Assembly: GCA_028289425.1 (NCBI GenBank)
Contig: JANQPL010000001.1
Location: forward strand, 194,503 to 258,502
Length of the DNA: 64,000 bases
Source of the DNA: Alphaproteobacteria bacterium
GTDB lineage: Bacteria; Pseudomonadota; Alphaproteobacteria; JANQMY01
Direction of reading: 5' to 3'
Positions 29,318 to 39,272 of the stretch are shown piece by piece (within the stretch, counting starts at the first letter, position 1; the number at the start of each line of letters is the position of its first letter). The notes beneath the pieces were generated by a model that was given only the letters and a program-made list of their open reading frames with translations, did no database searches and was not told the DNA's origin. The translations under genes and the position numbers were made by a program.

Positions 29318-30667
29318 GTGCGTCCCATGAGCACCTTCTCAAGACAAGGGCAGGCACCTGCGATGGCAGCAAGCAATACGGTAAATCGTCAACACAAACG
29401 CGCTAACTATTCTCTCGCTCTACTCATGTGCGTGGCAGTGTTCAGCTATATCGACCGCACCATCATTGCTGTCTTACAGGAAGGGATACGTCTTGAACTT
29501 GGTCTGTCCGACACTCAGTTGGGCATGCTCACAGGGCTCGGTTTCGCGATCTTTTACACCTTGTTTGCAATACCGATTGCACGGATTGCGGATACCTGGA
29601 TCAGAAAATACGTCATTGCCGTGGCGCTTTGTTTTTGGAGTCTCATGACCGCCGGATCAGGCCTTGCGACCAGTTTCTTAGCGTTGTTGATTTTTCGGAT
29701 TGGCGTCGCCATCGGAGAGGCGGGGAGCGTACCGACAACCCATTCCCTTATATCGGACTACTATCCCAAAGAGAAAAGAGCGACCATCTTATCGATTTGG
29801 GGATTAACATTGTCCATCGGTCCGATGACTGGGTTTCTATTGGGCGGTTGGCTAAACGACCTTGTGGGGTGGCGGCAAACGTTCATTATCTTTGGCCTTG
29901 CTGGCGTCGCGCTTGTACCCATCATCTTGCTCACTCTGCCTGAACCGGTTCGCGGAGCAACCGATCAGAATGACGACGAGACGGCCGATCCCAAGAGCAC
30001 CGAAAAGGCCCCTGACCTATCGGTCGTCGCGCGTTCTCTTTGGCAGTTGCGCTCATTTCGCTATCTTTGCATCGGCACGGCGCTCCATGCGTTCTCGGCC
30101 ATCGCGATGGCGAACTGGAATGCGCCGTTCTATCAAAGGATCCATGGGCTTTCCGCAACTGAAGTCGGCATTTATCTTGGGCTGATCATCGGCGTTGGCG
30201 GCGCGCTTGGTACGCTGGCGGGGGGTATGCTCGCCGACCATCTTGGCCGTCGGGACAGTCGTTTCTACATGTGGGTCCCGGCGGCATCGACACTTTTGAT
30301 CATTCCATTTGGGCTGATCCAGTATCTCGTGCCGAACCTCGCTTTATCTTTAGGGGCTGCGTTCGCAATCGGGGTTCTCACCAGCGTCTATCTCGGTCCG
30401 GTAAATGGAACTTCGCAATCGCTTGTTAAACCCGGTATGCGCGCCGTAACTTCGGCAACACTCGTCTTTGTGACCAATATCATCGGCATGGGGCTTGGTC
30501 CGCTGTTCACCGGCATGCTCAGCGATTGGTTTTCACTTGGGTTTAACATGGGACCGGATTCATTGAGATATGCCATTCTTTGCACACTGCTGGCGAACGT
30601 TTTCGCCGGTGTCGCCTATGCCCACGCGTCCCGATTTGTTGACCGTGACATGAAAGCGAATGCATAA
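29318..30667 (+). CDS. MFS transporter (paralog B)
   Basis: Homologous to 27851 (FSYIDRTIIAVLQEGIRLELGLSDTQLGMLTGLGFAIFYT). Confidence 0.8.
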   Translation: MRPMSTFSRQGQAPAMAASNTVNRQHKRANYSLALLMCVAVFSYIDRTIIAVLQEGIRLELGLSDTQLGMLTGLGFAIFYTLFAIPIARIADTWIRKYVIAVALCFWSLMTAGSGLATSFLALLIFRIGVAIGEAGSVPTTHSLISDYYPKEKRATILSIWGLTLSIGPMTGFLLGGWLNDLVGWRQTFIIFGLAGVALVPIILLTLPEPVRGATDQNDDETADPKSTEKAPDLSVVARSLWQLRSFRYLCIGTALHAFSAIAMANWNAPFYQRIHGLSATEVGIYLGLIIGVGGALGTLAGGMLADHLGRRDSRFYMWVPAASTLLIIPFGLIQYLVPNLALSLGAAFAIGVLTSVYLGPVNGTSQSLVKPGMRAVTSATLVFVTNIIGMGLGPLFTGMLSDWFSLGFNMGPDSLRYAILCTLLANVFAGVAYAHASRFVDRDMKANA

Positions 30668-30774
30668 CAGATGCACCCTCTCGATGACGTGCCGTGGAAG
30701 AGACACTACCGGACACACCAAGCCGGACGGCCACATTTCATCTTGGGGCTGACGGTTTTACCGCACACCCTGTG

Positions 30775-31545
30775 CTATCTGAGTTCGATGTTTTCGCCGA
30801 CCTTGGTGGGCCAATACTCTCGAAAATGATTCCCGACGTGAGTCACGTGCTCTTCCATCAGTTTCCGGGCTTTCTTTTTGTTGCCGGCCATGATTGCCTT
30901 CGCAATTTGGCGATGCTCTCGAGCCACGTCGTCTTCTATATCGATGTTGCTTACGACTTCCAGTAAATGTGATTCAACAATATACCCCACGGACTGATGG
31001 CTTAGCGCCAGCACCCGATTGTCCGCCAAATCCGCGACCGTGTCATGAAAAAGATCCCCCATGCGCGGCATATCGGTGTCGGCGGTTGGATCGACGAACG
31101 GCAGGAGTGCCTTTTCAACGGCCTCGCGATCTTCGTTTCCTGCAGCAAGTTCCGCCAAGGCCGGGTCGGTTACGCACCACGCTGTGAGCAGCTCGTCATA
31201 GGTGGCGTTCTGCATGTGCAAATACAATGTCATGGTACGGGCCAAGGTTCGAGGATGAGCTTCCCCGACAGTTGGGCCGCCCCCTGGGCCTGGCCGAATG
31301 ACGATCAGTCCTTGCACTTCCAACAGTCGCAAGGCTTCCCGAAGAGAGGACCGGCTGACCTTGTATAGCGCGAGCATCTCGTTTTCCAACGGTAAGCGGT
31401 CGCCCGCCTCAAGCTGACGCCAAACAATGTCCCGCACGATGTCAAGGGCAACATTCTCTGAAGTTTTACGGGTGCGCTCGCCAAGGCCATCATGGCGTCT
31501 GACTTGCCTGCCGGTTTTCGAGAGATTGAGAGGCTTACTCGGCAC
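30775..31545 (-). CDS. GntR family transcriptional regulator, FadR/FCD subfamily (paralog 3)
   Basis: VALDIVRDIVWRQLEAGDRLPLENEMLALYKVSRSSLREALRLLEVQGLIVIRPGPGGGPTV. Confidence 0.8.
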   Translation of the reverse strand: MPSKPLNLSKTGRQVRRHDGLGERTRKTSENVALDIVRDIVWRQLEAGDRLPLENEMLALYKVSRSSLREALRLLEVQGLIVIRPGPGGGPTVGEAHPRTLARTMTLYLHMQNATYDELLTAWCVTDPALAELAAGNEDREAVEKALLPFVDPTADTDMPRMGDLFHDTVADLADNRVLALSHQSVGYIVESHLLEVVSNIDIEDDVAREHRQIAKAIMAGNKKKARKLMEEHVTHVGNHFREYWPTKVGENIELR

Positions 31546-31981
31546 TAGGTTTATTCTCCAATGTCACCCTGTTTGCATCCATAAGCAGCCTGGTTTCATT
31601 TTTTTCTTGTTCCCGAATCGAGAGGCCAACCTAGCAAAGCCGAGAAAATCTACAAAGGAACATTTTGCCGGTCACAGATGGCAATAGCGGCCTATTTTTG
31701 TTGATCCAAAAACCTAATAATGATTATACTTTTATGGAGCCGATCAACGGTTGCTGAGTGGGGCACACAAAATGCCGACCCGCGACCGTGTCGAATAGAA
31801 GCCCATTGTGAGGTCTCATGAAGACCATAAATCAGACGACGGATTGTTATGCCGATAGTCGAACCAGACAAAGAAGCGCAATCCCTTGGCGACCCCGCCA
31901 TTTCGATTGTCCGCCTGCCGCTTCGGTTCGCGTCGGAATGAGACAAACACACTTAATAATGACTGCATGAGATAACATCGT

Positions 31982-33190
31982 ATGCCGGCCCGCCAAACAG
32001 ATGACTTCGGACATCAAGATCGATGCGCAATTGTCGGCATCGGCAGCACTGAGTTTTCGCGAAATTCCGAACGCAGCGTCTTGACGCTCGCCACAGAGGC
32101 GTCGGCGGCAGCGTTGGCGGATGCCGGTTTGTCGCCGAAGGATGTGGATGGAATCGTTCGATGCGATCATGACCACGTCACCCATAACGATCTGGTTTGC
32201 TCGCTGGGCATTGCAAACCTCACATACCAAGGCCAAGTAGGCCCCGGCGGCGTTGGACCTTGCGCGATGGTCGGGCAAGCCGTCGCGGCCATCCTCTCCG
32301 GCCAGGCGACAACCGTCTTGCTATACCGTTCTTTGAACGGAAGGTCGGAAGTGCGTTTCGGATCAGGCACAGCCAGCGCCCGCGATGCAGCTGTCACTGT
32401 CGGCGGACAAGGCACCTATGATGAGTTCTTCCTGCCCTTCGGATTGATGACGGCGGGACAGACATTCTCGATCATGGCGCAACGGCATATGATCGAATAC
32501 GGAACAACCTGCGAGCAGCTGGGCAGTATCGCCATTGCCTGCCGGGAACAAGCAAACGCCAATCCTGCTGCCCAAATGCATTCAAAGCCGCTGGACATGC
32601 AGACTTACCTTGCCTCGCGCATGATATCGACGCCTTTGAGGCTCTATGACTATTGTTTAGAAACCGACGGCGCCTGTGCGGTTGTTGTGACCAGTACGGA
32701 CCGCGCGTCAGACACTCGAAAGTCGCCTGTGCTCATTCGCGCCGTCGCCCAAGGCTGTCCGCCGGATATGAGAGGCGGCATGATGTTCCCCATCGTCATG
32801 AGGGATAGCATAACGGATCTCCCAGCCTATTCGGTGGCCTCGACGCTCTACGCCCGCGCCGGCCTCGGGCCCGACGAAATCGATGTGGCGCAACTTTATG
32901 ACTGCTTTTCAATCAGCATACTGCTGCAACTTGAGGCTTATGGTTTTTGCGAAAAGGGCGAAGGCGGGCCATTTGCGGAAAGTGGTGCCATTCACCGCGG
33001 CGGCGCCCTGCCCATCAATACGGGAGGAGGGCATTTATCCGAAGGCTATATCCACGGAATGAACCATGTGGTGGAGGGTGTGCGCCAAATGCGGGGTGAC
33101 TCCTCCGGCCAAGTCCCGCATGCCGAGACCTGTCTGGTGACGGGTGGTCCTCTCCCGACGGGCAGCGCCGTGATACTGAGGAAGTCTTGA
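31982..33190 (+). CDS. Thiolase-like SCP-x/lipid-transfer-protein family (second copy)
   Basis: RCAIVGIGSTEFSRNSERSVLTLATEASAAALADAGL is homologous to 23158. Confidence 0.75.
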   Translation: MPARQTDDFGHQDRCAIVGIGSTEFSRNSERSVLTLATEASAAALADAGLSPKDVDGIVRCDHDHVTHNDLVCSLGIANLTYQGQVGPGGVGPCAMVGQAVAAILSGQATTVLLYRSLNGRSEVRFGSGTASARDAAVTVGGQGTYDEFFLPFGLMTAGQTFSIMAQRHMIEYGTTCEQLGSIAIACREQANANPAAQMHSKPLDMQTYLASRMISTPLRLYDYCLETDGACAVVVTSTDRASDTRKSPVLIRAVAQGCPPDMRGGMMFPIVMRDSITDLPAYSVASTLYARAGLGPDEIDVAQLYDCFSISILLQLEAYGFCEKGEGGPFAESGAIHRGGALPINTGGGHLSEGYIHGMNHVVEGVRQMRGDSSGQVPHAETCLVTGGPLPTGSAVILRKS

Positions 33191-33618
33191 TGAATTTTGA
33201 CCGTATACTGCCGATCATGAATGATCGGGATACCGCTGGCTTTTTTGAAGCCTGTAAGAACAAGACGCTCGTGTACCGCGCCTGCCAATCATGCAACGCC
33301 ACACTGAACCCGCCACGGGCGCATTGTGGGAATTGCGGCAGTTGGGACACGGCATGGCGTGAAGCCAGCGGCCGGGGCCGCCTTTATTCGTGGACCACGG
33401 TCTGCCATCAAGTTCATCCGGCTTACGGCGTTCCGTATACGGTTGTAATTGTCGAACTGGAGGACGCGCCGGAAGTCCGTCTCGTGGGACAACTGAACGG
33501 CAGCCCGGATCTTTGTGCCGGAATGGAGATGCAGGTCTGGTTCGAAACACTTGAGGACGGCACCGTTTTGCCCCAGTGGGAACCCGTTGAGAAAATTCAA
33601 CAAGGCAAAGAGTCTTGA
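33187..33618 (+). CDS. DUF35-type OB-fold/Zn-ribbon protein (second copy)
   Basis: CQSCNATLNPPRAHCGNCGS Zn ribbon; overlaps by 4 nt with both flanking genes. Confidence 0.7.
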   Translation: MMNFDRILPIMNDRDTAGFFEACKNKTLVYRACQSCNATLNPPRAHCGNCGSWDTAWREASGRGRLYSWTTVCHQVHPAYGVPYTVVIVELEDAPEVRLVGQLNGSPDLCAGMEMQVWFETLEDGTVLPQWEPVEKIQQGKES

Positions 33619-34514
33619 GCGACGTTTCACCCCCCAAATTCAGTATTTCGATCTATGACTACAGTGTCGAAGATACCCTCGAACTCGCCCGAAGCGCGGA
33701 ACAGTTCGGCTACGACGCCTTATGGCTGGGCGAACACTATTTCGTACCCGAGTCGTTCGAAAGTACGCACCCCGCCGTCGCGTCCGGTAATACGGTCACG
33801 GAAAGAAGCATCCTATCGCCGCAGACCTTATTGTACGATCCGTGGTTTACGCTTGGCGCCATTTCCGGTGCGACCAAAAATCTGCGGGTCGGCACAGCGA
33901 TCAACATCGTGCCTCTCAACAATCCGCTGTTTCTGGCTCGGGCTACGGTTACCGCACATGATATGTCTGCGGGTCGTTTCCTTTTCGGAGTCGGTGCAGG
34001 CTGGTTGAAGGAAGAGTTTGATGTTTTCGATGTGCCTTTCAATGAGCGGGGCAGTCGGCTGGACGAGTCCCTCGAAATCATGCGGCGGGCGTGGAAAGGC
34101 GGGTTTTTTAGTCACCAAGGCCGTCATTTCAACTTCGGATCGCTTCAGATTACCCCCCATGCCGCAAACGTGCCGATGATTTTGGGGGGGAATTCAAAGC
34201 GCGCGCTGAAACGAACGGCTTTGTTAGGGGACGGCTGGATCAATTCTTCGACGATTACATATGAGGACGCCGTGGACCTGCGAAGTCAGCTTGAGAGGCT
34301 GAGGCGAGAGTTGGGAACTGACGGCAAGCCGTTCGAATATTTCGTGCGGCCACGAACGTTTGCCAAGGATGAAGTGGCTCGCTTTATCGAAGGTGGTTTC
34401 AACAACATCGTGATCTGGGGTCCGTCCCTTTGGCCACAGGGGCCAAATATGACCCTAACGGACAAGAAAGACGCGCTGGAACAGTTTTCCGAGACATTCG
34501 CCTTTCGCACCTAG
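33615..34514 (+). CDS. LLM-class flavin-dependent oxidoreductase (third copy)
   Basis: ARSAEQFGYDALWLGEHYF luciferase-like pattern; 299 aa. Confidence 0.75.
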   Translation: MSDVSPPKFSISIYDYSVEDTLELARSAEQFGYDALWLGEHYFVPESFESTHPAVASGNTVTERSILSPQTLLYDPWFTLGAISGATKNLRVGTAINIVPLNNPLFLARATVTAHDMSAGRFLFGVGAGWLKEEFDVFDVPFNERGSRLDESLEIMRRAWKGGFFSHQGRHFNFGSLQITPHAANVPMILGGNSKRALKRTALLGDGWINSSTITYEDAVDLRSQLERLRRELGTDGKPFEYFVRPRTFAKDEVARFIEGGFNNIVIWGPSLWPQGPNMTLTDKKDALEQFSETFAFRT

Positions 34515-34652
34515 AATCTACCGACTGCCGAAGAGAAGAAGAGAGAAGTTCCATCCGCATTCAAGCTGGATGGTGCGACGTTGTAGAGGTCCGATTGACA
34601 ACACCGTGACCGTCATTGTGTGACTGTGCGCTAATGTCGTTTATTTCCCGCT

Positions 34653-34677
34653 ATACCCAATTTTGACGATGCGGCGT
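34653..34677. promoter_or_regulatory. ATACCCAA dyad box (TATACCCAATTTTGACGATGCGGCG), copy 1 of 4
   Basis: Shares ATACCCAAT...TGAYGATGYG with 37207, 41951 and 44694; about 80 nt upstream of pilin 1. Confidence 0.45.
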
Positions 34678-34735
34678 TCCGTGAGGCGGGCGTAAGGTCT
34701 TTCTTATCTGAGGTCACAAATTGGAGTTTACACCC

Positions 34736-35365
34736 GTGAGAAAGCGGATCTTCCTTACCTTGGCGCCGTTCATAACTGTGTTCGCCGCCATGCCAACGAT
34801 CGCTCAGGTCACCGGAGATGTGAATGTGGATGTAACGGTACAGGTTGAGCCCAGTGTCGTGTTGACCCTTGATGGTGACTTGGTCCGTAACGTTTCAGGT
34901 GATGAATCCGGGAACGTCATCAGCTTAGAGAGTTCCGCCGGCAACGTTAACGGGGTCAGCGGGTGCCTGACGGCGCCCCCGGGATCCGTGACGATTTCCG
35001 TCGACGGCGTTGAAACGGACGCGGCGGGCCAGTTCGCCCTATCCGCCTCTGGCGTCACCACCAAAATAGCCTATTCGCCCCTTGTACGTTTGCGAACAAC
35101 AGGTGGTTCTTTTACGTCCGTCGCCAATCCGAGCCAAAGCGGCGAGAATACGACGGTCGATTTGACCAGCTTCGATGTGGACGGGTCGGACTGTTCATCG
35201 AAGCCGGAGAATATCCAGATCGATGGTTTTATCGTGAATAACACTTTTGCGGCGAGTGCAAATTCGGGTGGGATGCAATATGTCATCAACGAAGAAAACT
35301 TGGACGACGGCGTTGCCCGTCAATTCTCCGATGTAATGACAATAACGGTGACACCTGTCCCCTAA
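34736..35365 (+). CDS. Csu/SCPU-type fimbrial subunit (pilin paralog 1)
   Basis: Signal peptide ...AAMPTIAQVTGDVNVDVTVQV, two Cys, C-terminal VMTITVTPVP resembling the CsuA/B tail. GGAG 9 nt upstream of the GTG at 34736. Confidence 0.6.
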   Translation: MRKRIFLTLAPFITVFAAMPTIAQVTGDVNVDVTVQVEPSVVLTLDGDLVRNVSGDESGNVISLESSAGNVNGVSGCLTAPPGSVTISVDGVETDAAGQFALSASGVTTKIAYSPLVRLRTTGGSFTSVANPSQSGENTTVDLTSFDVDGSDCSSKPENIQIDGFIVNNTFAASANSGGMQYVINEENLDDGVARQFSDVMTITVTPVP

Positions 35366-35415
35366 AGCATCTGAGAAAACGGCGTGCCGCCAACCGGTCT
35401 TTGTTTAGTGTCTTG

Positions 35416-37152
35416 CTAAAGCAGACCCCTCATCCCGTCCAGAATTCGAGGCCAATGAGAATAGAGAAGGTATTGGCCGGCACCGTCTACGAGTGTGAGG
35501 TTTGCGGTAGGGAGTTGCCGTGTATATCCGTCAATGTATTTGCGCGTCACCACCTGATCAGCAGCGCCGTGAAAGATATGCACGGGGACGTCTAGACCAC
35601 GGGCATCGGGCGCCCAATCAGTGAGCACCAGGGGACAATCAAGACAAAAGCCTGCAGCGCCCCGCTTGACCGTATGCCTGAGACCCTGGACGACGGCGCC
35701 GTAAACGTCGGGCCGCCTGAGGGCACGCATGTCTTCCTCGACACCCTTATGTAATGCATGAATAAAATGATCATGGCCGCCTGCGTCGATCAAGGCGACG
35801 CCGGCTCGGGTCAGAAACGGCAATGCTGCCGGCGCATAGCGTGTGGATTTCGCAAGCAGCCTTTGACGTCGGGGCAAGTCGTCGAAAAACGCATCATCCC
35901 AATGGGGCGCATGACTGACGAACAGAAGGCCGCGCGTATATTCCCGATAACGCAGCGCAAAGCGCTGAGCGTATATGCTCCCTGCCACATGGCCGATCAC
36001 AATGACTTTTTGTAATTTCAAATGATCAAGCAGGTAAAGAGCGTCGCGGGTCGTTTGATCGACAAGGGCTGCACCGCGCAGCCCAGCATTAAGACTGGAG
36101 TCTCCAAAACCTGGTCGCGACGGTGCAATGATCCTAAACCCCTGGCGCGTGCAGGCATCGATAAACCCCTCTGTCAGGCACGTGCCGTAAAGCATATTGT
36201 GGAAGAACAGCGCGGGCACGCCTGTTGCTTTGCCGTGCTCCACGTAACAGAGCCTGCGGGAATCCGGCAAAACCACCTGACCAGACCGGCTGGAGTTGCC
36301 ATTTTCCCTTAGGTTGATTGTCATGCGGCTTGCAGACTTATTTACGGCGTAACCCGCTGTAAAACCGCATAAAATGCGCACTAGATCAGGGATACCTTGC
36401 GCATTCGTTTTCTTGAGAATTTTTTTAATTTGTGTACGGATTGTATTGATCGATGCGCCGCGGACTGCCGCAACATCGGTTGGCGTATGGCCTTCGCCGA
36501 GAGCGATGGCGACTTCTGCTTCCGCTTGGCTCAATCCGAAACCGTCAATCAACATCTGATGGGTTGACTGGTCGAACCCCAAATCGATGGACAACAAGAA
36601 AAAGTACTTACGCTCGGTGCCGAAAACATTGCGGCTATCCGAGATGGGCAGAGGAATCAGGCTGGCAAGAAAACAATCCGATGTACCGCTTCTCTCATTC
36701 TGTCCTCTAACAAATAGGAAGGAATCCTCCCCCGCCCTTGCCGATTGAATCCAGCGGGTCAACGAATCGATCGCGTCTGGGTCCAGGGCTGTCTCAGTTA
36801 GATTCTTGCCGGTCGTCGCGCCGATCCGGTCCGCAGCCGAGTCATTGGCAGCAATGACCAAGCCATATTCGTCGACGACGCAACCGGCGCCAAGGGCCAG
36901 GTCGACCAGTTTTTCGGCGGTTTTTTCTTGGCGCTTTAGACGCCCCAGCCGGTCCAGGATTTCCAACCCCCGAGCAAAATGCGCATGAACCGGTGAATTT
37001 TCCAGGTCATAAAGCGAAGAAAGATTTTCTGCTTTGAGGCACGACTCGATGTACTGCTCCCAGGAATCCATGAAGGCGTCATACCGCATTGGATCGGTCG
37101 TCGTGGCGTAGGCCTCATTGACGAGGTCGATAACGCTGTCTTGGCTGCTCAT
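35416..37152 (-). CDS. One-component regulator: N-terminal sensor-like domain + central LuxR/GerE HTH + C-terminal alpha/beta-hydrolase fold (nucleophile Ser apparently replaced)
   Basis: LuxR HTH LSQAEAEVAIALGEGHTPTDVAAVRGASINTIRTQIKKILKKTNAQG sits in mid-protein. C-terminal alpha/beta-hydrolase pattern HVAGSIYAQRF with elbow G-H-V-A-G (Val at the Ser position). Start chosen at MSSQDS (ATG about 37152). Confidence 0.65.
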   Translation of the reverse strand: MSSQDSVIDLVNEAYATTTDPMRYDAFMDSWEQYIESCLKAENLSSLYDLENSPVHAHFARGLEILDRLGRLKRQEKTAEKLVDLALGAGCVVDEYGLVIAANDSAADRIGATTGKNLTETALDPDAIDSLTRWIQSARAGEDSFLFVRGQNERSGTSDCFLASLIPLPISDSRNVFGTERKYFFLLSIDLGFDQSTHQMLIDGFGLSQAEAEVAIALGEGHTPTDVAAVRGASINTIRTQIKKILKKTNAQGIPDLVRILCGFTAGYAVNKSASRMTINLRENGNSSRSGQVVLPDSRRLCYVEHGKATGVPALFFHNMLYGTCLTEGFIDACTRQGFRIIAPSRPGFGDSSLNAGLRGAALVDQTTRDALYLLDHLKLQKVIVIGHVAGSIYAQRFALRYREYTRGLLFVSHAPHWDDAFFDDLPRRQRLLAKSTRYAPAALPFLTRAGVALIDAGGHDHFIHALHKGVEEDMRALRRPDVYGAVVQGLRHTVKRGAAGFCLDCPLVLTDWAPDARGLDVPVHIFHGAADQVVTRKYIDGYTRQLPTANLTLVDGAGQYLLYSHWPRILDGMRGLL

Positions 37153-37206
37153 GCCTTGCTCGTTTGTCTGTCGTTCTTTCAGACTTAAACGAGTGTCAAA
37201 AGCGCC

Positions 37207-37232
37207 GCATACCCAAAATTGGTGATGACAGG
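37207..37232. promoter_or_regulatory. ATACCCAA dyad box (GCATACCCAAAATTGGTGATGACAGG), copy 2
   Basis: About 55 nt upstream of the regulator at 35416..37152; nearly identical to the copy at 44694. Confidence 0.45.
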
Positions 37233-37353
37233 CAATGACAGTCCATCGCCCATGGAAAAATTCTCGACCAGAGCAACGAGCGATTTGTGCAAATAATTCT
37301 GTGTTGTGATTTCCGTGGCAGTCCAAGCCAGGATGGCTTAACCGTTTGCGCCG

Positions 37354-39117
37354 CTACTCGCCACAATTCTGTAAGGCCGTTTGACTTAGTATGTCCAAAA
37401 CCATGTCTTGGTGGGAGAAGAACACCAGAAAGCCACCATCTGGGACAACGGTGAGATTAATGGCTGCTCCCTTCTCAATGAGCGCTTGTGTTTGCATTGC
37501 CCGCGGCACGGTATCGTTTGCGCCCACGATCACGTGATAGGGTATTTTGGTTTCCACCCACCAATCAGGTCCATCGGTGTATTTCGTTTTGCCGTCCAGA
37601 TGGGCCGCTTCGTGGCCATTCGCAGCCGTGAATTCTAACCCCCGCTCTAATGCCTCGAACACTGCCGGATCGCGCAAAACCGCCATATCGTCACGAACGC
37701 CTTTGACGACCCTTTTCAGAAAAGCCTCTGGTCCAAGAAAGCGATAAATTGCATACAGCGTACGAACCATAAACTCATAGAGGCCGGGGTTTGTGTAGCT
37801 GCAGGCTTGGTTGAAGAAATGCTGAAGTTGGGATGCTGATTTCGGTTCGCCTGTTTTGACAAGATGCAATTCCGGTGCAACGCCAACCATGCCGGTCACA
37901 CGGCCGGGAATCTTATGAATGATAGCCGGTGCGTATTTGGCACCCATGGCGCGTAGCAACAACGTGATTCCGTCAAGCTCCAGGTGATCGACAAGGTGCG
38001 CCACATCCTCCGCAAATTGAACGAAGGGATGGGATGATCTGGGGTAAGCGTCTGTTTTTCCGTACAGGGCCCTTGCCGGCGTAATGATCCTCAAGTCACG
38101 TCTTATGGCTTCTTCCGCCATTGCGGCAGGCCAGGCATCACCGGAGAAATAGTCGTGTAAATGCAAGACCGGCTTACCGTTCGCGGAGCCAAAGTCTGAA
38201 TAAGACAGAAAGCGGCCATCTCGCAGTTCGAGGCGGTGCTCGTGTTCTGCTTTTGGATAGGGTGTCTTCACGGCTGCATCTGAGCTTTTGAGCCGCGCGT
38301 CCGCCGCCGAAATTTCATCGGGTTGCTGGAGAGTGCGGCTTGCGGCCAGTCCGATCATCATCCGTAAGAGCTCGACCTGACCACGTGTATTCGTTTTATC
38401 GTAGATTGTGCGCAACTGCGTTCGAACGGTGGAGACAGTGCTGTTTCGTGCCGAAGCAATCTGAGGAATGGCCGCACCGTCGTAAACATGGCGCGTTACT
38501 TCGATTTCGGCCGGCGTTAGGTCAAAGGTGCGGGAAAGCAAAGTAGCCAACGCGGCCGACCAAGTGATGTGACAAAACCTTAGCTCAACGATGTCTTCTT
38601 TTTTTTGGGTTTGGCCCGATGGATCAATTAAGACGATTTCGAATCGTTTGTTGTCGAGCTGGATAAGCCGCGCTATTTGTTCCACCCTATCGGAAAACGC
38701 CCGCTGCACACCATCCATGAGAATTTCGATTGATTCTTCTGTAAACGGAAGGTCTGTAATTCGATCGAACTCTTTCAGGCCAAATGTCCGGGCACCAACC
38801 GAATTAATGTTTAGGATTGAACCTTCAAGGTTGATACCAATGACCGGCGAGCGGTCGCCGGTCTTTTTGGGAGACGCGTGCTGCACTTCCTGATCTCCAC
38901 GAATGACAATCGTGGTTGCACGCGCGAAATGGTCGCTAAGCTGTTCTGTTAAATCGTTCGCAAGCTCATCGTCATTACCCAATTTCGCCGTCCAGAGTTT
39001 GACGAGCTCTTCCAGACGATCCGGATCGATTGCAACGGCGTAGATGTGGTCAACCACATCTAAGGCATATTTGCTTCGGTCAAGCCCGGAGAAATGGTCC
39101 TCTGTTTGGTATGACAT
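37354..39117 (-). CDS. Paralogous one-component regulator (sensor-like N-domain + LuxR HTH + alpha/beta-hydrolase fold, Ser-to-Ala at the nucleophile position)
   Basis: HTH LTPAEIEVTRHVYDGAAIPQIASARNSTVSTVRTQLRTIYDKTNTRG. Hydrolase region aligns with the paralog (LLLRAMGAKYA opposite VIGHVAGSIYA). N-terminus is homologous to the paralog. Confidence 0.65.
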   Translation of the reverse strand: MSYQTEDHFSGLDRSKYALDVVDHIYAVAIDPDRLEELVKLWTAKLGNDDELANDLTEQLSDHFARATTIVIRGDQEVQHASPKKTGDRSPVIGINLEGSILNINSVGARTFGLKEFDRITDLPFTEESIEILMDGVQRAFSDRVEQIARLIQLDNKRFEIVLIDPSGQTQKKEDIVELRFCHITWSAALATLLSRTFDLTPAEIEVTRHVYDGAAIPQIASARNSTVSTVRTQLRTIYDKTNTRGQVELLRMMIGLAASRTLQQPDEISAADARLKSSDAAVKTPYPKAEHEHRLELRDGRFLSYSDFGSANGKPVLHLHDYFSGDAWPAAMAEEAIRRDLRIITPARALYGKTDAYPRSSHPFVQFAEDVAHLVDHLELDGITLLLRAMGAKYAPAIIHKIPGRVTGMVGVAPELHLVKTGEPKSASQLQHFFNQACSYTNPGLYEFMVRTLYAIYRFLGPEAFLKRVVKGVRDDMAVLRDPAVFEALERGLEFTAANGHEAAHLDGKTKYTDGPDWWVETKIPYHVIVGANDTVPRAMQTQALIEKGAAINLTVVPDGGFLVFFSHQDMVLDILSQTALQNCGE

Positions 39118-39191
39118 GGTCGCGGCACCCCCGCCAAATCCATCTTATCCCCTGGTTTCGATTCAGATTTCACATTTTATTGAGCAGAAAA

Positions 39192-39207
39192 TTTGACGCG
39201 CGTCAAA
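39192..39207. promoter_or_regulatory. Perfect 16-bp palindrome TTTGACGCGCGTCAAA upstream of the regulator gene (lux-box-like operator candidate)
   Basis: Read directly; about 80 nt upstream of the 39117 start codon on the coding strand side. Confidence 0.4.
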
Positions 39208-39272
39208 GTTGAGTTTGAGAGCTTGTCACATGACTGTGACCATCAGCAAATTTCTTGGTTAATTGAATGGGC

